Shown here in pieces: positions 9,636-19,200 of a stretch of 64,000 bases of DNA (its first letter is position 1; every line of letters starts with the position of its first letter). The position numbers and the translations under genes were made by a program. The notes under the pieces are model-generated. The model searched no databases. It saw only the letters and a list, made by a program, of their open reading frames with translations, and was not told the origin of the DNA. Source of the DNA: Terriglobia bacterium (lineage in GTDB: Bacteria > Acidobacteriota > Terriglobia > Bryobacterales > Bryobacteraceae); the NCBI GenBank assembly GCA_963846045.1, contig CAWJUL010000008.1, forward strand, positions 41,334-105,333, in the 5' to 3' direction.

Positions 9636-10439
9636 CTATCCAAAACTCCTCGTTTGACCACCATCGGCCACAAAACAAGAACCTGTGATGAATGAGGCGC
9701 GGTCGGAGCAAAGGAAAGCAACAAGATCGGAGATTTCTTCCGGCCTTCCAAACCGAGCCATCGGCACCTCGGCTTCTATGGCTTTCAGAACCGCTAAAGG
9801 CCTTGTTTCCAGGTGCCGTTCCCAGGAACCGCCGGGGAACAAGATATTGCCCGGTGCAACACTATTCACACGGATTTTGTGACTTGCTATTTGACGCGCG
9901 AGGTTCTTGCTGTAGCTAATGAGAGCGGATTTCGCGGCACTATATGCGAGTGGGGCCGGTGTTGCTTCAACACCGGTAATCGATGCGATAAAAACGATGC
10001 TGCCTCCATTGCTCATCATCTTGGGTATGGCCGAACGGGCAAGCCGTACACTCACCCGAAGGTTAAGCTGAAGCAATCTCTCCCACTCTTCTTCAGATTG
10101 GTTCCAGCCGGTGGCTCCCGCTCCGGTCCCTAAATTTGCCACTAAGCCATCTAACCTTTCCCAACGCGCCAGCACAGCTTCTACAGTCTCTTCTGCTGTA
10201 CCCGGGTAGGCCAAGTCACCCTCAACCGCGAGTACCCGGTCAGGAGCTGCAAAGTTCTTCTCGGTTTCTGCGAGAGACTGGCGCTCCCGTCCCGTTATGC
10301 AGACACGAGCACCTTCTTCGAGCAGGGTGCTTGCGATCGCTTTCCCGATACCCCGGGACGAACCCGCTACAAGAAATACGCGCTCTGCGAGATGTAGATC
10401 CACCGAGTGCCTATTCCAAATGCCAATACCTAGAGACAA
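9636..10439 (-). CDS. SDR family oxidoreductase (first SDR of the operon)
   Basis: AGSSRGIG, YSAAK and CSDRASFITGSCFVADGG. The likely real start is the GTG at 10403, 8 nt after the stop of the upstream gene. Confidence 0.85.
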   Translation of the reverse strand: MSLGIGIWNRHSVDLHLAERVFLVAGSSRGIGKAIASTLLEEGARVCITGRERQSLAETEKNFAAPDRVLAVEGDLAYPGTAEETVEAVLARWERLDGLVANLGTGAGATGWNQSEEEWERLLQLNLRVSVRLARSAIPKMMSNGGSIVFIASITGVEATPAPLAYSAAKSALISYSKNLARQIASHKIRVNSVAPGNILFPGGSWERHLETRPLAVLKAIEAEVPMARFGRPEEISDLVAFLCSDRASFITGSCFVADGGQTRSFG

Positions 10440-11235
10440 ATTCGCGATTTATTCGGGCCCAACTGAGTTCTTCTCCGGGATGGGATCTAGCGACCTGAAG
10501 GGTTATGTCACCTGAGTAACCGACACTCCTCATAGCTTCAAAAAGGGCCACGAAATCTGCGTTGCCGGTTCCCAACGGAACGGTCCCACCGCCTCGCACA
10601 CGATCTTTGATATGTATACTGCCGATCCGCTCGCCGTAGGCCGCGAACTCGTCCGCCGGTTTATAGCCTAAAGATGAGCTATTGCCGGAGTCGTAGTTAA
10701 CCTTGACCAGTGGATCCGGCAGTCGGCCCAGAAAGCCTGCAAATTCTCGCGGGCCAAGATCAGTTTCAAGATGAAGCTCAACCTTGGCTTGTCGTGCTCT
10801 CTCGATCGCCTCGTTGATAACCTCGATCACCACATCCTGGTCCTCCCGAGATTCAATTTTGGACGCGTCGACGAATGGCAATACTATCCTGTTGATGCCA
10901 ACTTTTTGGCTCCGTTCAATGAGAACGTTTAGAGTTTGCCGGCGCGTATTGCATTCCAGTTCTGAGCAGCGGAGAAACGGGAAGTCCATGAAGTAGTCGG
11001 CGCATAAGGACCGAACGCTTACGCCTGTTGTGGACATCAGATCCATCATGGCAACGGCGTTCTTGATCAAAGGGTTCACATCGGCTCCGTGATCATCGTA
11101 GATCCACTCTATATAAGAAAGCGGTACGCTCGCGGCAAGTTCAAATTCATCAGACCATCTATCTTTCGGGAATGCTTGGAAGCGACCTGGTTCGGGCGGG
11201 ACAAGGCGCCCCTCCATGATGCCTAGTTTTGTCAA
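10411..11235 (-). CDS. sugar phosphate isomerase/epimerase (xylose isomerase-like TIM barrel)
   Basis: 274-aa ORF with TIM-barrel AP-endonuclease-2-like features (..VELHLETD.., ..IGSIHIKD..). It is the first gene of a 4-gene operon. Confidence 0.7.
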   Translation of the reverse strand: MTKLGIMEGRLVPPEPGRFQAFPKDRWSDEFELAASVPLSYIEWIYDDHGADVNPLIKNAVAMMDLMSTTGVSVRSLCADYFMDFPFLRCSELECNTRRQTLNVLIERSQKVGINRIVLPFVDASKIESREDQDVVIEVINEAIERARQAKVELHLETDLGPREFAGFLGRLPDPLVKVNYDSGNSSSLGYKPADEFAAYGERIGSIHIKDRVRGGGTVPLGTGNADFVALFEAMRSVGYSGDITLQVARSHPGEELSWARINREFVSRYWHLE

Positions 11236-11435
11236 GCGCCAAATTTAACACAGCGAGCGTTCTTCGGGTCCGCAACGTACAGTCGTGCAGCAAGTCTGGC
11301 CTCACCTACTCTCGATGTTCTGTGCATTCCGCCGGAACGGCGGATTAGAAATAGCCGAGCACTACAACGGCGCATCCCAGCAAAAAAGGTACAGCTTGGA
11401 AGTACCGTAGGAGTATTCATTTCAAGGAGCGAGTT

Positions 11436-11512
11436 TGGTGCCGGCGGCAGGAGTTGAACCTGCGACCTACGGATTATGAGACCGTCGCTCTAACCACCTG
11501 AGCTACACCGGC
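11436..11512 (-). tRNA. tRNA-Met (anticodon CAT); could alternatively be the lysidine-modified tRNA-Ile2
   Basis: The reverse complement GCCGGTGTAGCTCAGGTGGTTAGAGCGACGGTCTCATAATCCGTAGGTCGCAGGTTCAACTCCTGCCGCCGGCACCA folds as a cloverleaf. It has a 7-bp acceptor stem, a CTCATAA anticodon loop, a GGTTCAACTCC T-arm and an encoded CCA. Confidence 0.9.
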
Positions 11513-11566
11513 AACAATCGCATTGTAACGTAGCAGGGCGCTTTGCCGAAGCAGACCGGAAGTCGA

Positions 11567-13792
11567 CTAACGCAGCACAACTCGCGCCAAACCCGCATTG
11601 TTGGCCGAGTCATAAACGCGCACGACCAGCAGGTGCTCACCCGGCCTTACATTGTCCAATTTGATGTGAAAACGCTCGTGCGGCGAGTCCGTAATGCCAT
11701 CGACAGACTCGACGGGTTGCCACATGCCCGCATCCAGCGAATACTCGCACAAACGGAGCGGGCTCGTTTTGTCGGCTGCGTCCACCTCAAGTTCCGCGGT
11801 GTTCCCGGTCCGCACTGGGTGCGAAATCGTAACTACCGGCGGAGTGTTGTCTATCAGTACCGGCGTGCTCACCATCTCAGTGTCCAGCGCGTATTCGTAC
11901 GCGTTCGAGGGCGCATCCGACGCCATGACTTTGAAGAAATAGCGGCCATCGGCGAAGACATCGGGGTCCAGCAGCAACGTATTTTCGAACATGCGGCTGC
12001 GGATCAATTGCCAGTCCTGCTCGTCCTCAGCTCGAAAATACACCGTGTATACAAGTTTGTCGCCATCGGGGTCGTCGGCCTGCCAAGAGATCTGTGTCTG
12101 AGTCGTTTGGAGCCGCGACACGGTTTGTGTGGCGCCGGTGGATGTCGTGGTTGCAGGCGGCTCGCCGGTATCGGTCACTGTTATCGAGTACGCCGCAGTC
12201 GGGGCAGCCGTGTTTGCCGCCGCTTTCGCAGCGTTAGTTCCCGCAACTGAACTCACAGTAATGCTGTGGATCGCTGGCGGTGAATTTTGCGGCAAGTACG
12301 GAACCGAAACAGTATTGATGTCCGATTTGTTGCCCGCGGGCCACTCCGCCCGCCACTGCATAAAGCGCGCCGGCGGGCTTTGTATAAGGGCTTGGGTCGG
12401 GTCTGTAATTGCTTGCGACCATTCGCTCCAGGTTGTATCCGGCCGCGCTGAGTTTCCCGTTCGGGTACGAAATTGCACGCCCGTTCCCGACCCATACCAC
12501 TGCAGATGCCCCCATCGTGCGACCGATGCGGAATCGTGTATCTGCGATTCGTAAGTTGAGGGCGCGCTCGCATCGGCGCCAAACGCCAGCACGCGTCCTG
12601 GATTCGTCAAGGCCGCATAAAGGCCAAGTTTCGTTTCGAGCAGCCGGGTGGTCGGCCCGTCGCCGGCTTCCGCGATGAGGGTTGTCTTGTGCAGACCCAC
12701 ACCGGTCAGCCGGTACATTCGTCCATGGTCATCGGTTGAGAACAGAATCGCGTCGTGATCAATGATCAGGTCGAAAACGTTGTCGTCTTTTGAGCTTCGT
12801 AAGGTCTCAACCGTGTGGTTCGGAGCGATGCGGTAAATGGCCGATTTCTCTACACCGCTCACTTCCACGACCGCGGTGTTCGACGTCGCCGCGGAATTCG
12901 AAGACGTTGATGTCGAGGACTTGCTTGTGTCGGGTGTGATTCTCATGCCGGATTGCTCCGTCACTGTGATCACGGTTGGCGTGGCTGAAACCACTGCGGC
13001 ACCCCCTGTGACCGTTCCCGTGGCGGGGGTAGTTGTTGTGGAGACTGCGCCACCCATAGCGGCGGCGTACACGGTGCCGATTGAATCCACTGCAATCGCG
13101 CGAATCTCGGGCAATGTGGAATCGTAGAGAACCGTGGCCTTATTCGCCGCGGGGATGTCATAGATAATCCCGTTCGGGTCCGTTCCCGCATAGAGGTGTC
13201 CGTTTGGCCCGAACGCCAGCGCTGTCACGTTGCCCTGAGCAGTGTCGTAGTAGAGGCTGGCATTGCCGTCCGGACGCACGCGATACACACGGCCTTGCTC
13301 GCCGGTGGCGACGTACAACGCGCCATCAGGCCCCTCTTGTATCGCCCAAATGTACTTATTCGGGGACTTCCACACCAGCTCGCCCTTGCCATTGGCGAGC
13401 CGATACAAACCGCCATTGGGTGAGCTGCCCGCGTACAAGGTTCCCTGCGCCGTCATGCACAACGCAAATATTTGCGACTGTTCCGCCGCCCAGACGGCCG
13501 TCGCCTTTCCATCGGTACCGACATGGAACACCTTGCCCTGATTACCGGTCGCGGCATAGACGCTTCCATCGGGCGCGCCTGCCAGTGCCCACAGGGTCGG
13601 CTGGTCCAACCCCACTCTCCACTTCACAGATGGTCCCGGCTTAAGCAGTCCGTCGGCTGTGAGCGAAAGCCCCTGAAGGCGGCCTTTGAGGAAATCGGTG
13701 AACCCGGCGATCTCCCAGGCCGTGCTGGTGGCTGCCGTGGAAATTTGTGCCAGCACGCAAGCGGCTAGCGTGCAACGAAGAAGTCTTCGCAA
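11567..13792 (-). CDS. secreted beta-propeller protein with a Thr/Ser-rich linker and C-terminal Ig/FN3-like domains
   Basis: Signal peptide. Repeated blades of the form ..DG.(V/L)YA(A/G)T...G.(V/I)(Y/F).. (for example GSVYAATGNQGKVFHV, GALYVATGEQGRVYRV, GHLYAGTDPNGIIYDI). A low-complexity T/S stretch is followed by C-terminal beta-sandwich-like sequence. Confidence 0.6.
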   Translation of the reverse strand: MRRLLRCTLAACVLAQISTAATSTAWEIAGFTDFLKGRLQGLSLTADGLLKPGPSVKWRVGLDQPTLWALAGAPDGSVYAATGNQGKVFHVGTDGKATAVWAAEQSQIFALCMTAQGTLYAGSSPNGGLYRLANGKGELVWKSPNKYIWAIQEGPDGALYVATGEQGRVYRVRPDGNASLYYDTAQGNVTALAFGPNGHLYAGTDPNGIIYDIPAANKATVLYDSTLPEIRAIAVDSIGTVYAAAMGGAVSTTTTPATGTVTGGAAVVSATPTVITVTEQSGMRITPDTSKSSTSTSSNSAATSNTAVVEVSGVEKSAIYRIAPNHTVETLRSSKDDNVFDLIIDHDAILFSTDDHGRMYRLTGVGLHKTTLIAEAGDGPTTRLLETKLGLYAALTNPGRVLAFGADASAPSTYESQIHDSASVARWGHLQWYGSGTGVQFRTRTGNSARPDTTWSEWSQAITDPTQALIQSPPARFMQWRAEWPAGNKSDINTVSVPYLPQNSPPAIHSITVSSVAGTNAAKAAANTAAPTAAYSITVTDTGEPPATTTSTGATQTVSRLQTTQTQISWQADDPDGDKLVYTVYFRAEDEQDWQLIRSRMFENTLLLDPDVFADGRYFFKVMASDAPSNAYEYALDTEMVSTPVLIDNTPPVVTISHPVRTGNTAELEVDAADKTSPLRLCEYSLDAGMWQPVESVDGITDSPHERFHIKLDNVRPGEHLLVVRVYDSANNAGLARVVLR

Positions 13793-13798
13793 ACCGCG

Positions 13799-15622
13799 CT
13801 ACTCCTTCACTTCCACTTGGATCGTTTTTTGTCCAGTGACTGCGAATCCGTCAACCGGTAGCTTGAACTCAGCCATTTCCGTCCCGCGCGTCAGAGTTTG
13901 CGCCGCACTGGTTGTGGCCGAGTTGGATGGATCGGCCAAGACCAGCATCACCGACGGTGGGGGATTTGAAATCTCTCCTCCCGGCAGCGGTCCCGAAATG
14001 GTAAAAGCAGGTTGTTGCCGCCAGACGCGCAAGTAAGCCGCCTCGCTCCCTCGGAACTTATTGATTGTGTCGATCAGTTCCGTTGCCGAATGTAGCTGCG
14101 ATTGAGCCAAACCGGCAAACTCCGGCGCGTTCATCCCGTTTGCGTCGCTGAATGTCAAATTCAACGGTCCCGCGGTGGCCCCAACAGGCACCTGATAAGT
14201 CGCCGTGCGCGTCAATTCGAGACCATTCTGACCCTCAAGCAGCGCAGTCACGTCTATCGATTCGCCCGGCCGGACCTCGTGCTTCGACGCCCACATCTGA
14301 GCAATCCGTACTTGCCGTTTCGTGTTCTGCATTTGCACGTCGTATGAGATTTGCCGCACGTGCACATCTCTGAATTCGCCGCCCATCACGAATCCGAGCG
14401 TCACAACGGCGTCTACCGACGCTTGCTGTGCCAGGCCGCTATCGCTGATGTAGATGTCCTGCACCACGAGCGGCGGAAGGCCATTGTCGAACTCCACGCG
14501 CCCGCTCAGCCGCAGCGTACCCGCACCCACTGTTCTTTGCGTCGCGTCAATGGTCGAGAAAATCGCCATCTGTGCAATAAACGGGGTCAAGAGTTGATCG
14601 TTGGCAACTTGAAAATGGTAATCGTGCGCGCTTGAGTTCACGCCGTGAACCGAAATGGTCAGCGGGATGGTATTTGTTGTCCGGCCCTGCAGTCCCGCGA
14701 TGGCCGTGGTTCGATCGCTCAGGATTGTGCCCGCCCATTCGCGTGGGACACACAGCTTGAACGAGCTGTTCAGAGCCGGCACCACTGCTATCACATCCGA
14801 CTTGGCAAACGGCAGTTCGGTGGGTCCCACATGCAGAAATTGATGGCCAAACGCGTATACCTTCTGCCCATCCACGTAGGTCACGGTGCCGTCCGCGCTG
14901 ATCGACCAGTCTCCACTTAGTAACTGCACGCTGATCATCGACCCCGGTTCTATCCTGCCCGTGTGCTCCTGAGATGTTGGAGTTGCCGCGGACACTCCCT
15001 GTTGTGGCTCGAAACCGAATTTTCGGAAATCTGCGGAAAAAGTCTGAAGTGTTTGCGGTGTAAATCCCGATAGTGCGAGTGGAGTGGAAATTTCCTTCAA
15101 ATTATCGAGCGTAAACCCAGTGCCCATAGCTGCACTGCTCCTCAGGTCAGGAATTGCCTTATGAGTACGGGCAATGGGTTCTACACCTCCGCTTGTGCCA
15201 GGCGCCGCGAACGTGGCGTCGGCGATCATCTGCTGAATCGGCTGAATGCCCGCGATCGGTTCCTTAGAAAACGGGAATCCGAGGGCCACTGCGCCGAGCA
15301 GTTTGCCTTCTATGTACACCGGACTCCCACTCATTCCCTGGATGACACCGGTTTGCTGCAGCGGCCCACCGCTCAAGCGGGCCAGGACGATACTTTGCTT
15401 GGGGCTGAGATTCTGGAGGACTCCGAGGATCTCGACTTGAAAATCTTCGATGCGATTGTCATGGAAGACAGTGCGGCCTGTGCCGCGCATTCCGGGCCTC
15501 ACATCCTCGAGACGGAAAAACTCGTGTGAGACCGGGGCCGCGCCCGCCTGCGCTTTCGCAGCGACCGTGGCCAGGATCGATAGCGCGATGGCGAAACACA
15601 AACGTGACGTTTTGACGGTCAT
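13799..15622 (-). CDS. SpoIVB-like serine peptidase (family S55) with a long C-terminal extension
   Basis: Signal peptide. GVIQGMSGSPVYIEGKLLGAVALGF matches the SpoIVB catalytic-Ser region (GMSGSP..GK.IGAV). The gene sits 6 nt upstream of the propeller gene. Confidence 0.7.
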   Translation of the reverse strand: MTVKTSRLCFAIALSILATVAAKAQAGAAPVSHEFFRLEDVRPGMRGTGRTVFHDNRIEDFQVEILGVLQNLSPKQSIVLARLSGGPLQQTGVIQGMSGSPVYIEGKLLGAVALGFPFSKEPIAGIQPIQQMIADATFAAPGTSGGVEPIARTHKAIPDLRSSAAMGTGFTLDNLKEISTPLALSGFTPQTLQTFSADFRKFGFEPQQGVSAATPTSQEHTGRIEPGSMISVQLLSGDWSISADGTVTYVDGQKVYAFGHQFLHVGPTELPFAKSDVIAVVPALNSSFKLCVPREWAGTILSDRTTAIAGLQGRTTNTIPLTISVHGVNSSAHDYHFQVANDQLLTPFIAQMAIFSTIDATQRTVGAGTLRLSGRVEFDNGLPPLVVQDIYISDSGLAQQASVDAVVTLGFVMGGEFRDVHVRQISYDVQMQNTKRQVRIAQMWASKHEVRPGESIDVTALLEGQNGLELTRTATYQVPVGATAGPLNLTFSDANGMNAPEFAGLAQSQLHSATELIDTINKFRGSEAAYLRVWRQQPAFTISGPLPGGEISNPPPSVMLVLADPSNSATTSAAQTLTRGTEMAEFKLPVDGFAVTGQKTIQVEVKE

Positions 15623-15704
15623 GAAGCCTTGGGCGGCCGGCTCACGAACACAGCGAAGCCAGTCTCTCTTATGTTACGGTTGCGCGGTCTAAGCCGTTGC
15701 CGAT

Positions 15705-18188
15705 TTACTCCGTGCGCAACGCGTCCATCGGGTCTATGCGGGCGGCCTTCCATGCCGGCAGATAGCTTGCAAGTGCGGACACAGCTACCAGCAGAGCTGT
15801 CACCCCAGCAAATGTCATCACGTCAAATGAGCTCACTCCGAAGATGATGCTCTGCATGAATCTCGTCAGTGCGAATGCACCCGCCAGGCCTACACAGACA
15901 CCGATAATGGTCATCCACAATCCTTGCCGCAGCACAAGTCCGGTAACCGAACGCGGCAGGGCGCCTAAGGCGACCCGTACTCCTATCTCCTTAGTCCGCA
16001 GTGTCACCGAGTAAGCCAGTACGCTGTATAGGCCCACTCCCGCCAGTATCAAGGCAATGCCTCCAAACCCCAGCAACACCGTCATGGTGAAACGGCGAGG
16101 CGCTACCCACTCGCTCAGGATATTTTCCATGCTGTCGACCTGCGAGACCGGTTCGTCTTTGTCAATTGCCCAGACCTGCTGCTTTACGGCGTTTGCCATC
16201 GCGAGCGGGTTCCCGGCCGTGCGCACTACCAGCGACATCTTGTCCATGTGATGCCCAGGCAGATAGATCTGCAAATGCGGCGCGGAATCCGGTCCGAATT
16301 GGTGTTCATCGCTAACCACGCCAACCACCGTGTAACTCGCCTGTTTGTGTTGCTCGCTGTCGAAGAGCACCGTCTTCCCCAACGGATCCTGCCCCGGCCA
16401 GTTCACGCGAGCGAATGTTTCGTTCACCAAGCCGACATTGGGTTGTGCCGTAAAGACATCCTGGTGTGTGATGTCGCGGCCTTTCACAATACGCATCCCG
16501 ATGGCTTTCACGTGATCTTCTGTGACTCGCGACCAGTCGGTAACTTTCATCTTGTTCGGGTCTACCGCTATGCCGGGCAAATTGTAGCTCTGCTCGCTGA
16601 TGCTTCGCATCGGCAGCGCCGTTGCCAGACTCGCTGCGCGAACGCCGGGCAAAGCCTGGATGCGTTGCAGAAGCCGATCGTCGAACGCGGCAATCTGGTC
16701 CGCATTCTTATACCGCCAATCCGGCAGCGTGATACCCATCGTCAACACGTGGTCCGGTTCAAAGCCCATATCGAGGTTCATTAGCGACGCCAACGTACGA
16801 ATTGTTAGCCCGGCGCCTACCAGCAGGATGAGCGACAACGAAATCTCAACGACAACCAGGGCGGTACGGAACTTTTGCGGCGAGCCAACCACGGCTCGTG
16901 AGCCACGTCCAAGCGATTCCGCAATGCTGGTTCTGACCGAATGCAGCGCCGGAGCTAGCCCGAAAAGAATGCCCGCAAACAGCGTCACCCCGGCGGTGAA
17001 AGCGAGTACCAGGGGGTCGATAGCCAATTCATGGAATCCGTGCGTCTCCTTCGGCGCAAGGTAACTCACAAGCTTTAAGCCCCAGAACGCAAGCAGCAGC
17101 CCAAATGTCCCTCCCAAAAAACTCAACAGCAGACTTTCTCCCAGCATCTGCTGAACAATCTGCCGCCTGCTTGCGCCCAATGCGAACCGAATTGCTATCT
17201 CCCGCTCGCGAGCGGCTGCTTTGGTCAAAAGCAGATTTGCGATGTTGGCACAAGCAATCAGCAGTACAAATCCGACAGCGACCTGCAGCACGTACAAGCT
17301 CTTTCGCAGGTCGGGATCGACGTCTTCCTGAATCGTCCAAAACACGTTTGCGCCGTAGCCGTGATAGAAATCCGAATTTGCCCGCCGCAGCCTCTCTTCA
17401 ATGACGTTCATTTCGGCGCGCGCCTGCCCAATGGTTACCCCCGTTTTCAGCCGGCCGAAGACGGTTAATGCCATGGTGTTCTGCTCCGCCTGGCTCGGGT
17501 CAGAATGCATAGGAACCCACAGCTTCGGCCGGGTCTGATCCAACCCTTGCGCCGCATCCGGCAGTTCAAAGCCGGCCGGCAGCACACCAATGACGCGATA
17601 TACCTTTCCGCTTGCCCTTATAGAGCTGGCGAGAATATTTGCATTGGCAGAGAATCGGCTGCGCCATAGATCGTCGCCGATCAGCGCAACATCATCGTGG
17701 CCGGAGACTGTATCTTGCGGTGTAAAGTTCCGGCCGAGCTTCGGCAGGACTCCAAGCACTGAAAGAAAGCTCGGTGTAACCGACACCCCGTGGACGATCT
17801 CCGGCTCGCGATTTCCGGATGCCGCATCGGCAGCGGTCAAATCGAACGACTGCTCCTGGTAAGCGCCCAGGCTCTCGAACGAATGCGCCTGCTGAGTCCA
17901 CGCCACATAAGTTTTGAATCGGACCGGCAGCCGTTTGGAAATAAACGCCAACAGCGCCGGATTGCGTTCATAGAGCGAGACCAGCCGCCCCGGCTGTTTC
18001 ATCATTCGAAACGGCGCCGAGTTCAGTACAACTGCATTGACAGTACTAAAGATTGTGACGTTTGCGCCGATACCAAGCGCGAGCACGAAGATCGCCGCAA
18101 CGGTAAATCCGGCGGTCTTGCGCAATTGTCGAGATGCGTAACGGAGGTCTTGAATCATCGATGCCGCGCCAACTCTCTCATTTGACAC
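15705..18188 (-). CDS. ADOP-family duplicated ABC-type permease (two MacB-like periplasmic domains plus two FtsX 4-TM modules)
   Basis: 827 aa. The N-terminus IQDLRYASRQLRKTAGFT, two FtsX-like TM bundles and the C-terminal PAWKAARIDPMDALR are typical of this Acidobacteria-expanded family. An alternative start is M11 (18158). Confidence 0.85.
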   Translation of the reverse strand: MSNERVGAASMIQDLRYASRQLRKTAGFTVAAIFVLALGIGANVTIFSTVNAVVLNSAPFRMMKQPGRLVSLYERNPALLAFISKRLPVRFKTYVAWTQQAHSFESLGAYQEQSFDLTAADAASGNREPEIVHGVSVTPSFLSVLGVLPKLGRNFTPQDTVSGHDDVALIGDDLWRSRFSANANILASSIRASGKVYRVIGVLPAGFELPDAAQGLDQTRPKLWVPMHSDPSQAEQNTMALTVFGRLKTGVTIGQARAEMNVIEERLRRANSDFYHGYGANVFWTIQEDVDPDLRKSLYVLQVAVGFVLLIACANIANLLLTKAAAREREIAIRFALGASRRQIVQQMLGESLLLSFLGGTFGLLLAFWGLKLVSYLAPKETHGFHELAIDPLVLAFTAGVTLFAGILFGLAPALHSVRTSIAESLGRGSRAVVGSPQKFRTALVVVEISLSLILLVGAGLTIRTLASLMNLDMGFEPDHVLTMGITLPDWRYKNADQIAAFDDRLLQRIQALPGVRAASLATALPMRSISEQSYNLPGIAVDPNKMKVTDWSRVTEDHVKAIGMRIVKGRDITHQDVFTAQPNVGLVNETFARVNWPGQDPLGKTVLFDSEQHKQASYTVVGVVSDEHQFGPDSAPHLQIYLPGHHMDKMSLVVRTAGNPLAMANAVKQQVWAIDKDEPVSQVDSMENILSEWVAPRRFTMTVLLGFGGIALILAGVGLYSVLAYSVTLRTKEIGVRVALGALPRSVTGLVLRQGLWMTIIGVCVGLAGAFALTRFMQSIIFGVSSFDVMTFAGVTALLVAVSALASYLPAWKAARIDPMDALRTE

Positions 18189-18316
18189 CCACGTTCAGGT
18201 GAGACAAACGCCGGTCCGTCCACACTTCGGTGAAGTATGGCCCAGTACCCGGCACCTGACGGACAGATGGCGTAACCTGAACCACTATGTTCTACTGAAA
18301 ATGATCCAAGTCTTAC

Positions 18317-19195
18317 ATGGTTAGCGTGCCTGTAGCTCCGCCCCCTCAGGCCAGCCCGCCGGCTACGAAGGTACAGTGGCAGGCGCTCGCGTGGTTTGGT
18401 GCGCTCCTGATCGTTTGTTACGCCCCGATCTTATACCGGATGGGTGTGCAGTGGGCAAACGACGAAAACATGGGGCACGGATTCTTCGTGCCACTGGTGG
18501 CGGGCTTCGTTGTCTGGCAGCGCCGGGAGCGGCTCATGGCTCTGCCGCTTAAGTCGAATCCGTGGGGACTGGTGCTGGTTGTCTGGGCCGCTTTTCAGGC
18601 CATCATCGCCACTTTAGGCGCTGAAATCTTCACCGCTCGCGTGGCCTTTTTGATCGCCCTTGTGGGTGTCCTGCTCTATGTCTGTGGAACGCGCTGGGTC
18701 AAAGCGCTGGCATTCCCTCTGCTGCTGCTGCTGTTCATGATTCCCATTCCGGCCATCATCTACGCGGCGCTGACGTTACGCCTTCAGATGTTCGCTAGCC
18801 AGCTCGGGGAAATCCTGATTAGCGGGATGGGAATCCCTGTCCTTCGCGCTGGAAACACGCTGCAGCTCCCCAGCCAAACCTTAGATATTGCGGAAGCTTG
18901 CAGCGGCATCCGTTCTTTGCTTTCGCTGGCGTTTCTCTCGCTGGTGTACGCCTACTTCACCGACAAACGTGTGTGGATGCGCTGGGCTCTTTTAGCCGCC
19001 ACCATCCCCATCGCCATCGGTGCGAACGGTATTCGGGTTGCCATCACCGGCTGGCTTTCAGAAATCAACACCCAGCTCGCGCAAGGTATGTACCACGAAA
19101 CTGAGGGTTACATCGTCTTTATAGTGGCACTCGTGGCACTCATCATCACGCATCGGCTTTTCAGCTATATTGCGAAACGCGCGAGCCATCACTAA
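18317..19195 (+). CDS. exosortase (EpsH/Xrt family transpeptidase)
   Basis: Polytopic membrane protein with NMGHGFFVP, the active-site region EACSGIRSL and NGIRV. Confidence 0.8.
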   Translation: MVSVPVAPPPQASPPATKVQWQALAWFGALLIVCYAPILYRMGVQWANDENMGHGFFVPLVAGFVVWQRRERLMALPLKSNPWGLVLVVWAAFQAIIATLGAEIFTARVAFLIALVGVLLYVCGTRWVKALAFPLLLLLFMIPIPAIIYAALTLRLQMFASQLGEILISGMGIPVLRAGNTLQLPSQTLDIAEACSGIRSLLSLAFLSLVYAYFTDKRVWMRWALLAATIPIAIGANGIRVAITGWLSEINTQLAQGMYHETEGYIVFIVALVALIITHRLFSYIAKRASHH

Positions 19196-19200
19196 TTCCA

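Noticed and set aside
11232-11420. 62-aa ORF between the TIM-barrel gene and the tRNA.
   Set aside because: It is Arg/Cys-rich and overlaps the probable promoter region. There is no support for coding.
7611-11512. Genomic island integrated at tRNA-Met, which would be expected to leave a direct repeat of the tRNA 3' end and an integrase.
   Set aside because: I could not find a copy of the tRNA 3' segment (..ggagttgaacctgcgacc..) in 7611-7965, and the window has no integrase or recombinase gene. Only the GC dip and the tRNA proximity remain, so this is reported as a weak inference only.
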